Assembly: GCA_020137815.1 (NCBI GenBank)
Contig: CM035352.1
Location: forward strand, 7,626,001-7,690,000
Origin: Hormiphora californensis
Lineage: Eukaryota; Animalia; Ctenophora
Direction of reading: 5' to 3'
DNA length: 64,000 bases
Both the position numbers and the translations under genes were made by a program. The notes beneath the pieces are model-generated. The model saw nothing but the letters and a program-made list of their open reading frames with translations. It had not been told where the DNA came from and searched no databases. This document shows positions 28,057-40,700 of this stretch, one piece after another (position 1 is the first letter of the stretch; the number at the start of each line of letters is the position of its first letter).

Positions 28057-31000
28057 ATGTTCTACAACTCCCTCTCCTCCTCAAAACAGGGTCCTGAGGA
28101 TAACAACCCTTTGGATCACCAAGAGTTTAGGATTATAATTCTTGTTTTCCTTGTCCTTGCTACCCCTCCCACCATTATCCTCAATGTTATAGTTCTTACT
28201 ACTTGTAACAGGTACAGTTACTTTGTGTTATAGTGTAACACACCAAGGTTAGATCCTATACATTGGTGTGTTACACTATAACTAGTAGCTAGTGTACCCT
28301 TTGTAGGGTAGATCTATCCCATGGGCCCACTTTTTATTGGGTTGAACTATTTTGGGTGGGAGACATTTATAAATCAATTGCTTCAAATAAGTTACACTCA
28401 CGCACCCAGGGGACCCACACAGCATTAGGGCTGCAACTAAGGGTCCCTTACTAACAAAACTTGAACTCAACGAAAATGTAGTTTCGCCTTGACGCAAAAT
28501 AAAACCATTAGAGAAGGGTTTTCGTGCTGGTTGCTGCGGTATACCACGACCGCAAAACAGGGTCATGCGGCTTTACACTCGGAAGGAAGAAGATGAAGGA
28601 AGAGGAGAAAGAGAAGGGTGGGGGTGACTGAAAAACAAGTACAAGCAAGATCAGAGAATATCATCAGGGACAATTGTTCCTGAGATATGCTTCTTCACTA
28701 GCTTATTAAAGAGGGGTAGTGAATTGCACTGCCTGATCGAAAAGGGTAACTTATTCCACAAACTGACTGTTCTATGGAAATAGCCAGCCCTGATCGCTCT
28801 GTGGGTAGCGGGCCCATTCCTAAGTTCAGGGATAATAGCTAGTGTGGTGATATCACGACCCTCACATGATATATCAACATTCTGACGCGTGGTTCTCAAC
28901 GTGGTAGGATCGATGGGTTGAATGAAGTCAGGAATGGGGATATTAGTAATACCGAAAACCAGCTTGTAAAACAATCTGAGATCATAATACTGAAACAGAT
29001 ACTTGAAAGGTAACATATTAAGGGTCAGGAGATGTTCCACATATGTATCATTGGAATATGAAGCTAGTGGTTCATTCCTAATCCATTTAACAGCACGCTT
29101 TTGCAACTTCTCCAGATTTTTCAAACTACCAACATTAACATTAGACCAGATTTGGTTACAGTGCTCTATCAAAGATCTCACCATAGACAGATACAGGGTC
29201 TTCTTGTAGGAACTGCGCTTCAGAAAATAACAAGTACGACGTAGTAGGTTAAATTTGAAAACCATAGAGGAATGTAAGCTCTCAACATGTGTGTTAAACT
29301 CAAGACTACCAGTGACAGTGATACCTAGATCTCGCTGGCTGTCAACATAATTTAAATAAGTACCACCCAAAGAGTAAAAGTATTTAAAGTAAGGTAAATT
29401 ACTAAAGGGGTTCTGAATATAGGAAAGGTTACTAGATACAATCAAAACATGACACTTAGAAGGATGGAACTTCACCATGTTGCGTTCAGACCAGGCATAT
29501 AAAGCGTCAATTGATTGTTGAAGTGATATATGGTCATTCATGCAATCAATACGACGCCATATTTTGGTATCGTCGGCATAGAGCATGATATTAGTACCCG
29601 AGGTAACCTCAGAGATGAGGTCGTTTATAAAGATCACAAAAAGAACAGGCCCCAGGATAGATCCCTGGGGGACACCAGAACTGACAGGCAGTATATCTGA
29701 GCTCTCACCGTCAACAACAACTTTCTGAAATCTCTGTCTCAGATAACTCTTCACAAAACTCAGGAGATTACCCTCAACTCCAAAAACATGCTTCAATTTG
29801 CTGAGTATTAGGTCGTGGTTACACGAATCAAAGGCACGTGAGAAATCGAAATACACCACATCTGCACGTGCCTTGTTGTCTAATACTTCAGCAAGATTGT
29901 GGGTGAAGGGTAACATCTAAGTAGTACAGGATCTACCTGCTAGAAACCCATGCTGGCGATCATCCAGGTTAGGATAACAAATCTCTAAAAGTCTCGGCTT
30001 AACAAGCTTCTCCATAGTCTTGGCAACAAGAGAGAGTAAGGATATCGGTCGGTAATTACTAACATCCTTTCTATCTCCTTTTTTATAAACTGGGACAATG
30101 GAGGCCAGTTTCCAGGGGGTGAAAAGGGGGTGAACCAGTTACTACGGGTTAGTAATAGTAACAACCAGTTACTACATTCTCTTTCTTTTCAAAGCTCAGG
30201 ATGGCATTTTAAAAGAAAGCAGTTGCCTACAGCAATAATTACGTGTTGACAGTTGACAGTTTCTCAGAAGACGTAATCCCCCTCCCATCCCCCACCCATT
30301 ATAGCATTCATCGTGACTTATTGTCTCTGATTATAATACCTCTAAACCGGTTCATTGCCAATCATTATCAAACTGACATTGACAAGACAGCTCTATATCT
30401 AAAAGTTCTAACACATTCGTGGGGGGTCAAACAAATCATAACGTAACTTCAGACTAAACAAATCATAATTTAATGCCCCCACTTCACCCCAGGTCAATCA
30501 AATCATAACGTAATTCCCCTTTCTCAGGTTAAAAAGAGTTCAAGCGCACTACCTGGTGATCAACACAGCCATAGCAGATCTCCTAGTGGGACTTATCTCA
30601 AACCTGTCCCTCATTGCCGGTATTGCAACGTGTCTTCATATTAACAAATATCACACCCTAGTGGATATTTGGACTTTACCATGTCACGTGATCGGACCTC
30701 TCTCGACTCTATTTGTATACGCCTCCTACATGACTCTCTCCTGCATTGCACTAGACAGATGTTTAGTTGTGATATACGGTGCTCGATACAAGATAATTGT
30801 CACGCCACGTGTTATAAAAGCTTTAGTTACAATATCCTGGACGTTGTCCACACTCCTGGCCTTCCTTGGGCCACAAGTGTTTGGTTTGGATAATATCTAC
30901 TCGTTCTACCCCCCTGAATCAATGTGTGTGGTGGTAGTGAAGGACAAGGTAGTGAATGATGTGGTACATGAACAACAAGGGGGAGAATCAGGGGATGCAG

Positions 31001-31509
31001 AGCACCAGACACTCCGTGATGAACGGTTCTCTATAATGGAGAGTGTAATGAGCATGTACCTACCCTTCATTGTTCTTGTGACGTCATCGCTCATCCTAAT
31101 CGTTAATCTCCACCTCCGGAAGATAGGACAGAGGAGCGATATTGTGAAGCGGAGTTGTCAGACGGTGTTGCTTGTAATGTTAGGATATGTGGTGTGTTCC
31201 ACTCCCTACGCGGTCACAGCTCTCCTTCACACACAGATAACACCGGAAATGTACTTGTTATTTCGGTTTCTGCTCCAGGCACACTGTCTTTTTAATCCGA
31301 TTATATACATTTTCAAGGATAGAAACTTCCGGAGGGCCATGTCTATGAAGAGAAAGAGAAGGAGTAGTTGGATGAGGAGGCAGGATAAACGGTTGCAGTT
31401 GCACAATAAAGTGTCAAGCAACAGTCTTGATAGCACTGTGTTAAACACGGCGAGGAACACTACTGCCGTGAAACATTTACAGAGTGTTACTGAAAATGGA
31501 CAAATTTAA
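28057..31509 (+). CDS. Class A (rhodopsin-like) GPCR, 378 aa, 2 exons (28057-28211, 30528-31509)
   Basis: Exon 1 gives TM1 (RIIILVFLVLATPPTIILNVIV); phase-2 junction into LKRVQAHYLVINTAIADLL; DRC, TM4 W, CSTPY, NPIIY, FRRA helix 8. Confidence 0.9.
28370..30114 (-). mobile_element. 5'-truncated LINE (CR1/L2/Jockey group) reverse transcriptase, antisense within the GPCR intron; 3' boundary approximate
   Basis: WKLASIVPVYKKG..NYRPISLLS..QHGF..DFSRAFDS..GVPQGSILGP..YADDTK; one in-frame stop at 29917-29919; ORF 28651-29916. Confidence 0.92.
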
Positions 31510-31741
31510 AGAAGATATATATTTTGTTTTTTGTACATGTTAAAATCTAAAAATCTATTTACAAATCTTGGTATGAGAAATATATTGTCTGCGTGTTTCA
31601 GTTCATATGTAACATGATAAAACTTGTCAAAGACAACACGCCAACTTCCAACTGTTCAAATCAGCTCCTCCTAGACTGATGGTTATATCATCATCTTCCT
31701 CTAAGACTGGTGTGGTGATCATCAGCTCCTAGTGGTGATCA

Positions 31742-34700
31742 TCAGAGAGTGTTTTCTAGGTCCAGCTTAGTGTCAATCGCAATACACCGTCCATTGGGAA
31801 GGAAGGAGGGATCGGCTTTGTTGAACTTTTGAAGCACCTAAAACATGGGGGATAAATTACTTATCGCTGCTTGCATATGCAGTTTACTAACAATTCAATG
31901 ATTCCAACTATACTTTCCCAAGGCTGTCACATACTCTCAACTGCAACCTCAAAAACAAAACCAAGCGAAAACCTCATATAAACAAACCTCATTTTCGACG
32001 GCACTAAATTTGCCGGTGTGTTCCTGTAGATAAAAGAAGAAGGTGATATAGCTCCACATGTTGTGATCTCTATCCACGTGACTAGCCCAGGATATCCCAT
32101 TACTGGTTAGGTTGTCTTTGGAGAGCCCGCACACTGTACAGAGTGTTGTCATGTCCTTCAACGCCTTCTCTCGCTCCGCCTGGGTGGTATTACGGGGTTG
32201 GAGACAACTTCAAAATATGTAGTGGGGGGATGTAGTGCTACCATATCGTCAGAACATATTGTTGGGTGTTCTAGAGTAGAGAAAGGGTGGGTAGCTCTCA
32301 TATCTGCCTAACAAGCACTAGTATAGTATTAACAAGAAAACGATATAGTGGTATCAATACCTTTAGTTGTCTGAATCCATCGAGGATAAGAGAAGTAACG
32401 ACATTGAGACCGATGATAGTAAACAGAATCCAGAAACTGGCATCAATTAGCAACCTCATCCACAGGTCGTTAAAAGACGTCCTATTGGTCCAACTGGGGG
32501 AGAGGAAGGGGGAAGGTGTTAGATTCCAGATCAGATAAATGTTAAAATGTTAGCAGTTTGATTGTGGTTATCACTCTATACAACCACACTGCAAAACACA
32601 CAAAGCGGGCCAGCAACACAAATGCTCATACTAAAAACACAAAGCTGCTATACAATCACACTGAACACATAAAGCTGCTACACAATCACTGCTCACACTG
32701 AAAAGTGAAAACACGTCTAGCTGCTAGCGCTCACACCTATAATTGTGGCCCCCGCTCGACGGGCGAAGGGAGTTCTTTAACACAGTAACAAGGCACTGTC
32801 CGAGCGTCTCACAATACTCCATCTTATTCTCGTTGAACATGTCCCGGAAGAAAGAGAAGTAGATGATAGCGTAGATATAAGTGATTATCACCGCGAATGG
32901 TACACACACCTGAGGGAAGGAGGGAGGGTGTTGTTGTTGTAATCACCTGTAGTTGTGGCCGCCCCCAGTTTCCCGGAGAGATTTTAGAAGGACGGTCGAG
33001 AAGCACTCCCCAAAACTACCGCAGTACTCCATAAGGGGATTGTAGAAGGAGTCACGGAGAAGCAAATCGTAGATAATGGCGTAGGCGAAGGTAATGAATA
33101 GGGCAAAGGGTATACAGAACTGAAACATGACCGTGGTGACCCGGGGAATAGGAGAGAGACATGCAGGGGACTGGGAGAGAGACATGCAGGGGAATAGGAG
33201 AGAGTAATGAATAGGGCAAAGGGTATACAAAACTGAAACACGCTCATGGTGACCCGGGGAATAGGAGAGAGACATGCAGGGGAATAGGATCAATCACTAT
33301 TAGGCGGGGAATAGGAGAAAGACATGCAGAAATTGGGGATCAAAGCGGTGATGATTCGGACATGCGTCATGCAATGAGAGGTGGCTTAACCGAGGTATCT
33401 TAAATTGCGAAGAAATGGATGCCATGCCAAAATGAATTAGGAAAGCGGCAGGTGAGTAGAACTTCGCTCCTAATAAAAGGCTGCAATAAAAGGCTGCAAT
33501 AAAAGGCTGCAATAAAAGGCTGCAATAAAAGGCTGCAGAAAAAGGCTGCAATAAAAGGCTGCAAGGGATCACGTATCCAACCAGACTAAAGCGGGGGATA
33601 GACCGAATCGTCCTCCCCTAATAGTGTTTCGTATCACGTATCGGCTGTAGTGAGACCGAATCACCCTCCCCTAATTATAGTGATTCGTGTCACGTATCCA
33701 ACTAGACCATAGGCAATAGAGAGAGACCGAGATAGAGAGCGAGTACGAGTGAGAACTGAGAGTGTGAAAAATCAGAATCACGGCATGGTATCACGTACCA
33801 TGGTATCCTCTAATGAAAAGCGGTTACCAATTGGCAATGAGACCTCATCGGTCCCGATACGTGATTCTCTACCGCTATGTATTCTCATAATCAGTAATCA
33901 CGTATTGGCACCGATTAGGTCAAATTATAGGTAACCGCCTTTCATTTAATTAATTAGAGGATATCATGAAACGTGATACAATACTTGATTAGTCGTCCAT
34001 GATTCGGATCTCTCACTCTCACCTCTCTAACTCTCTATCTCCGTCTATCTACCGCCTATGGTTTAGTTTGATACCAGGCGATCAATGGCTACCAGGCGGG
34101 GACTGGGGAGACATGCAGTATCTGTGATCAATCGCTACCAGGCGGGGACTGGGGAGACATGCAGAAATTGGGGATCAAAGCATTGATGATTCGGACATGC
34201 GTCATGCGAGGTATCTTCAATTGCGAAGAAATAGATGCCATGCCAAAAGGAATTTATAGGAAACCATGCAAATCTTGGCGAACAAAGCTGTTGTATTGAC
34301 ATTCCCGAAACTCCCCAAAACTTCCCAGTTCCCTCCCCTAGCCCCTCCCTAGTCCTTCCCCTCCCTAGTCCCTCCTTCCCCTCCCTAGTCCCTTCCTTAC
34401 GATTAGTTGGTCAATGTGAATGGTAGCACCCTGGATAACTCTCCTCAGCAGGTCAAACAGTGTAGCAATATGGAACAGGTGAATACAGTACATCACACCA
34501 TCACTCCTGAAAGTTACAATCAGATCAGGAATGGAAATATTGGTAAATCGGGGCCCGGTAAATCGGGGTCCGAATGTACATATTATCTTCAATCGGAATA
34601 TTTTGGGAAATATGGTTTATGATGTGGCGTTATTTGTAAACTGTAACCCCTCTTACCATATTCCTAGACCACTGCAGATCAGTAGAGCGAGCAGGTAGAA

Positions 34701-37700
34701 ATGGTAGAAGGCATTCCAATTGATTGCCATTTTCTTGGAGGGGTTGAAGCGTATTGAGATGCGATGGTAGTTAGCCACAAAGTAACTGATACCCAGGAAA
34801 GATACACGCCATCATGTGAACGATACCCAGCAGTATCAAGCAGAAGTAGAACCCTTCTGAGGGACACACCCCTGTGTAGGTTCGATTCACATTCTCAGAT
34901 ATACACTTGCTGATGTGCACCGGGATTTCGACTTGTCTGTTCTCCGCTGTTTGTTTTGCGTAACTCATAGTCCACCCACTCACGCTAACAACCACAACTG
35001 CGAGAAGGGAATGGTATCAGGATACATCAATTATACATTATAGGGCGTGAAGAGTGCGTTACTAGTGCGTGATCATTGCGTGATAAGTGCGTGATAATTG
35101 CGTGATATAATTATTAGTATAACGCGTTATGTAATCACGCTGGTTATAAAGCTCACCTGCATGAATAGAGCCAATAAAAACACCAACCAATCCCACCATA
35201 TCTCCCTCTTCATGACCCAGTGAAGTAATGGGATCGCCGTGAAATACCTCTGATGTATCATGTCTTCAACGATCTGGAGAATTAGACATGTTTTTTTGTT
35301 ATTGTGCTCTGGGAATATGCAGGTCCTGAACAAACTCTACTAACTAGAGATGAATTCAAAATGAACATCACACCGCTCCCTGGTCTCACCTCACTACTCC
35401 ACATTAAAAAGTCTCGTTGTTTATCGAACTTTGATTTTCTATCCAGACCCCATTTTAGCTCCTCTTTTATCTTATTCCGGACTCCTCCGCTTTTTGGCAT
35501 GGGATAGTACACCTTCTCTAGATGCCCCTTCCACTGGATTTCAACACTACCCACCTGGGAAAGGGATGAAAGTTAATGGACGAGTCGACGATTATAACTT
35601 TTTCAGTACTCAGTAGTCACTAGTCAGTAGTCAATGACTGCTGAGTACTGACTACTAGTCATACAGGTCACAATACAATAAACTAGCATCATACTCGAAA
35701 CGAACAAAAACTTACCTTAAGTTTTTGTGATATTTCATCATCCAGTTTCCCGACATAATCCCTCTTTTCCAAGGAGCTGATCTTCTTCAACAGAGCATAC
35801 CCCTTGAAGGCAGCAGTCTGGGCCTGCTCCCCTCCCTCCGAACCCAGGAGACCAAGGTGAGCATTTATCTCACATTGTAATGTTCTAATGTCCAACTCTT
35901 CCCGGATCTTCTCGTAGAATTCTTTTAGCATGTTGGATTGTTCAACAAGGGTCGAGAGAAGGGAGTAGCAGTTAGATTTTATCTCTTGGGCATTCTTGTG
36001 GTCGTTCGCTGCAGGGAGGGAGGGCGTGTTAATAATGAAATACAGTCGCACAAGAATTTAGTTGGCAATCTGTCCATCTGAATTATAACGTACGTTATAA
36101 TTCAGATGGACAGATTGCCAAATAAATCCTTGTCATTTTCTAACCCTAGCCTTCCTTTACGGGGCACGGTGAGACAGGGTCGTCACGGTCACGGCAACTA
36201 AATCACGTACCGGGTGCCTCAGAAGCAACAATAGAGTTCAGTATCTCCACTATATCATTCTCTATAGCAGTCTCTTTAGCAGCATCATTTGCAGAGATGA
36301 GTGAGTTGACAGATCGCATTGTATCAATTAGTAGCTCACCCGACCTTACACAGTGTAACAGTCTGATTAACATGACCTGAAAAAGATGGGGGTGGGTGAT
36401 GAAACTAGGGAATTAATACGACCTGAATGAAGCGGAGTGGAGTTGGGGGTTGGTAGGGAACACTGAACTGGGGAATCAAGAAACATCGAAATCACATTAG
36501 AGAATATGGTTGCACCGGGAGAGGGAAAGCAAAGCAACCCATATATTGAAATAGAAACCATTGCAACCAATACACTCTACCTACCAAGAAGTTGTGAGAC
36601 ATGAGTTTGTTGTCCTGGAGCCTCAAGTAATTCTGCATCTCTGTATACTGCCCATCACACATTGCCCCTACCAGCTGTACTGATAACCTGATTATTGAGG
36701 TTGAAGACACGATCCCAACATCCTCTAGTGAACCTTCAATACCAGCCCGATCCCGCATCGCTTGGATCATACATAACTGGCTGTTACCTAGTGGGTGAAA
36801 AACAGTTAAACATTTGGGTACCTAGCTATAACCTGACAAAGGTCAAGGGTGAATTAAACCTGCTTCTTGGACATTATAAGTACAGTTCCCCTCCCATCCT
36901 ACCTTCAATAGCTGCCACAATATTTCCAGCACACCACTCGAACAAGGGTTCATCATTAGTCAAACAGAACTCCCTCAACCTGCTCTGGGTCGTTGGTATT
37001 TGTAGGAGACTCAACATGCACTGTGTAACAGCTTCTTGGATATTATCGTTATCACATGTTGTCATCAGGCTCCCAGAGCCTCAGTTAGGCCCATTTGTAG
37101 GAGGGATGCAGCGGGGGAGTTCTGGGGGAGAAAGGGATGTTAGAGATCAGGTGGTTTCAAATGTGAGGTTTAAAGAGAGAATTTTAAATCTTTTAAGAGC
37201 AAAAACACATTCCCACAATTACACGTATATTTAGCTCAGCAAAAGAAAAAAAGAAGGGTGCAATTTATGCTGAAGTTTTTAATGAGAAAAATTGGTTTAT
37301 TATTTGCCTGAAAATATTAGCAGAGTTACTGGGTTAGCGTTTTGACTCACTAGGTTTGTGTGAAAATATACTACTTACGGCAATTTTGAACTTTTCTTTC
37401 TTCATCATATCCCCAAGATCGGCTGGGGCTTGGTCCTTAAAGTGGATTAGGGCTTCAAACATGCTCATACAAACACACAAACCAATCAACAAACCAATAA
37501 TCAATAGGGCTTTTTCAAAACAAAATCAAGTGATTCACAACAAGACGTGGAAAACAATTAGCAATTCTTACCCGAGTTCTGTTGCTATCCTCCGCCAACA
37601 CGGCAAACACATTGATGAGACGGATTGCAGTGTAATCTGAACAGTCTCCGTTCTCTATTTTGGTGATTATTTTGGAGAGTTGGGCTACTGGTTCATGGGT

Positions 37701-40700
37701 GTCATAGTCGTCTTCCTAAAAAAATTGAGGGGGGTTTATAATGATGACTGATATCCAGCTTAAAGGTCGGCACGTTAAACTTAAATTATTTTAATTGCTT
37801 TAATTGATTTACCGTATCATCGCAGAACGGTGCGAAGTTCATCAGTTTATCGTCGTCGCTTTTTAAAACTTCATCAAACATGATAATTCCTAGACTCTTC
37901 AATTCTTCACTGATCTTAACTCCCCTTCCATCTTTCTCTGTCTCAGTTACCTGTGACAACATGTTAGAGCACATTTTGGCAACATGTTAACTATTAGCAC
38001 ATTTTGGCAACATGTTAACTATTAGTATATTTTTTGTGGTTAGCACACTTATACACCTTACCAGTTTGGTTTTGCTAGTTATTAGTTCGGTCAAGGAAAA
38101 CCCCTGGTGCTCAAGCTAGGGAATTCGATACATGATATCAATTGTCACATGATGCCACACATGATCTCACACATGACGTCACACATGATGCCACACATGA
38201 TGCCACACATGATGTCACACATGATGTCACACATGACGTCACACATGATGTCACACATGATGTCACATGATATGACGTGACTAACCTGAATTAAAGTTGA
38301 CACGATTGTTTGGAAGGCATCGTTCATATTACATTCCTTGTTCTCTCGCATTATCTTCTTCGTGTACGCCTCCTTCAGTTTGTACCCAGTCTTCTTTAGC
38401 ATCAGATCCATGACATCATTAATTTCCTTGTTAAACTGCACTGGCTTCTCAACCTAGTAATATATACGGGGGTTAGGAAAATACTGGCTTACTAAATATG
38501 TAATAGCATGGGGTCACGGGGTTAGGAATAGTGGTGTATAATATTGGACATGAAACAGCTCAGGGGTTTACGAAAAACGAGCGAGACTATAATACGAGAC
38601 TATAATACATACCGATTGGAGAAGACCAGTTCCCTCTTCAAACTGGTACATCCTGTTATCTTTATCAGAGAAGTAGAAATCAGAGAGATCGTTGATGTTC
38701 AGTGTGTTCACTGCCTCTATAGCTTCGAACAGTAGAGTCCACAGCATGGAGTTGAGGAATGGAGATACGAACTTGGCGAATTTGCAGAGTTGTTTTACAA
38801 TATTAAACCTATCGACATCTTTAATCGTCGCCTCAACCTGAACAGATATACAATGGGTTAGAAGGAAACAATAATTATTGCAATGCGTTATTGGGTTAGG
38901 ATGAAACAAAGATGAGGGGTTATTGAATTATGAAGTAGCTCCATAGAAGACCAAATAATGATATTGCATGAATGATGTGAAGTGTTTACCATTTTCGCAA
39001 CTTTTCTGCCAGTATGGTCAGTGGTCGTGAGTGAGTCGTGAAGGAGGAATGGTGGTATACCCACCAGATCTCGGTCTGATGAGAACACGTTGGTGACAAT
39101 CGGGCAGAGAACGAAGAAGATGTAGTCGTAGTAACAGACCAGATCCTTCAAGACGGGGTCCACATCCTCTCTGCTTCCTAGCAACTTTATCTGAAAGGGA
39201 GGGAGAGGGGTAGTAACTTACAACTAGACACTACTCCCTCTCTTATCGCGATGAGAGTTGTTGAGTAAGGGGTCGACCCCTTACTCAACAAGATGAGAGA
39301 GGGTCAAGATTGTCACAATTTGCATTGCTCGAACAAAACAAGTCAAATGATGACTAATCACTTATCTAATAAGTAATAGGACAAGTACCTGTGTACCGAG
39401 ATCTCCCAGCACGTTCAAATACGACATCTTCTGGCTGGTTGTACAATTCCGAAGGTTCTTTGTCACTCTCTCAACCAGAGTTACACCCTCGTTAATATAC
39501 CAAGCCAAATCCTTGCCTAGCAGTTGCTGAGGGAAGAGGGACATCGTTAATATAGTAAGGAGCGACAGGTCAGTTACTGAAAATATATTATTGATCATCT
39601 TCAGTTCATTTCTTAGCAGCCAAAAGGTGATAAATTACCAAACCAAGATCTCTCTCATTATGGTTCATGCAATGAATTATATAGCGAGGATTCCAGATCG
39701 CTACGTGCAGGTCGTGCACGTGTCATGGTTCATGCACACCTTACCATTAACCAATACACTGCCGACTTTCTACACCGACTCTAGATGTATATATTGGTAT
39801 AGTATACATTGGTATAGTATACATTATACAAGCCATTTGAATTGAAGCGTGGAGACAGTGTCAGGCGACTCAACAAGTCATGCACACTACACCAAGTTAA
39901 GTTTGTGTTATGGACCCTTCTGTCAGAGCATTAGCCTGACTGATAGATCATTTACCGCACACCAAACGCCACAGCTCACGCACACACACGGTTCACAGTC
40001 ACGCACTTTTGATCAGCTGACACACACGCCTTACCATATCTATTAGAAAGTCTTCTGCTTTAAAATTACACTGTATAACGGACAATTGTCAACTACTTAA
40101 ACTTAGTTAACTGCATATTTTAATGAGTTGTATGACTTTAGGCCCCGGATCTTACCTGTCGTTCCACAACGCTGATTGACTTAATGTAGACGTTCAGGAC
40201 GAACTTGGACAAACAAGTGAAGTAAGTGATATCATTCCTTGCTGCTCGAAGAAGAGGAAACACTGTTCGAAGCTGGTACTGCTCCTTGCAAATTGTCTCA
40301 GTGGATTTCGCATCGCCCACCACACAGCATGCCATTAGGGAGATCATTTGTGTGAAGTAGAGTCCCTGCCAGCTCCTGAAAAGGTTCACAAATGTTAAAT
40401 GAGCTATCAAGTATTAAATAGCCATGGATAAATATTTTTGCACACCGCTGACCGCGAACCAGGGACGGAACTGGGACTCTGGCCCACCGCGTCAAGGACA
40501 TGGGTAAACCCCACAAGCAGGGCTCAGTTGTGTAGGGGCGGGCGTGGACGCACAGTCAGGCGTCAGCTCCTATCCACCTCTGTCGCAGACGTGCCCGAGA
40601 CGCAAAACTTTTTTGCAAACTTCGAAATGTTCCTTTCGAAAAAATGTTCCTTTCAAAATTTGTTCCTAGCGCCGCGCGGAAGATTTTAATGCGCGTCATA

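Noticed and set aside
28057-31509. Opsin
   Set aside because: The position equivalent to the retinal-binding Lys296 (six residues before NPIIY) is Gln
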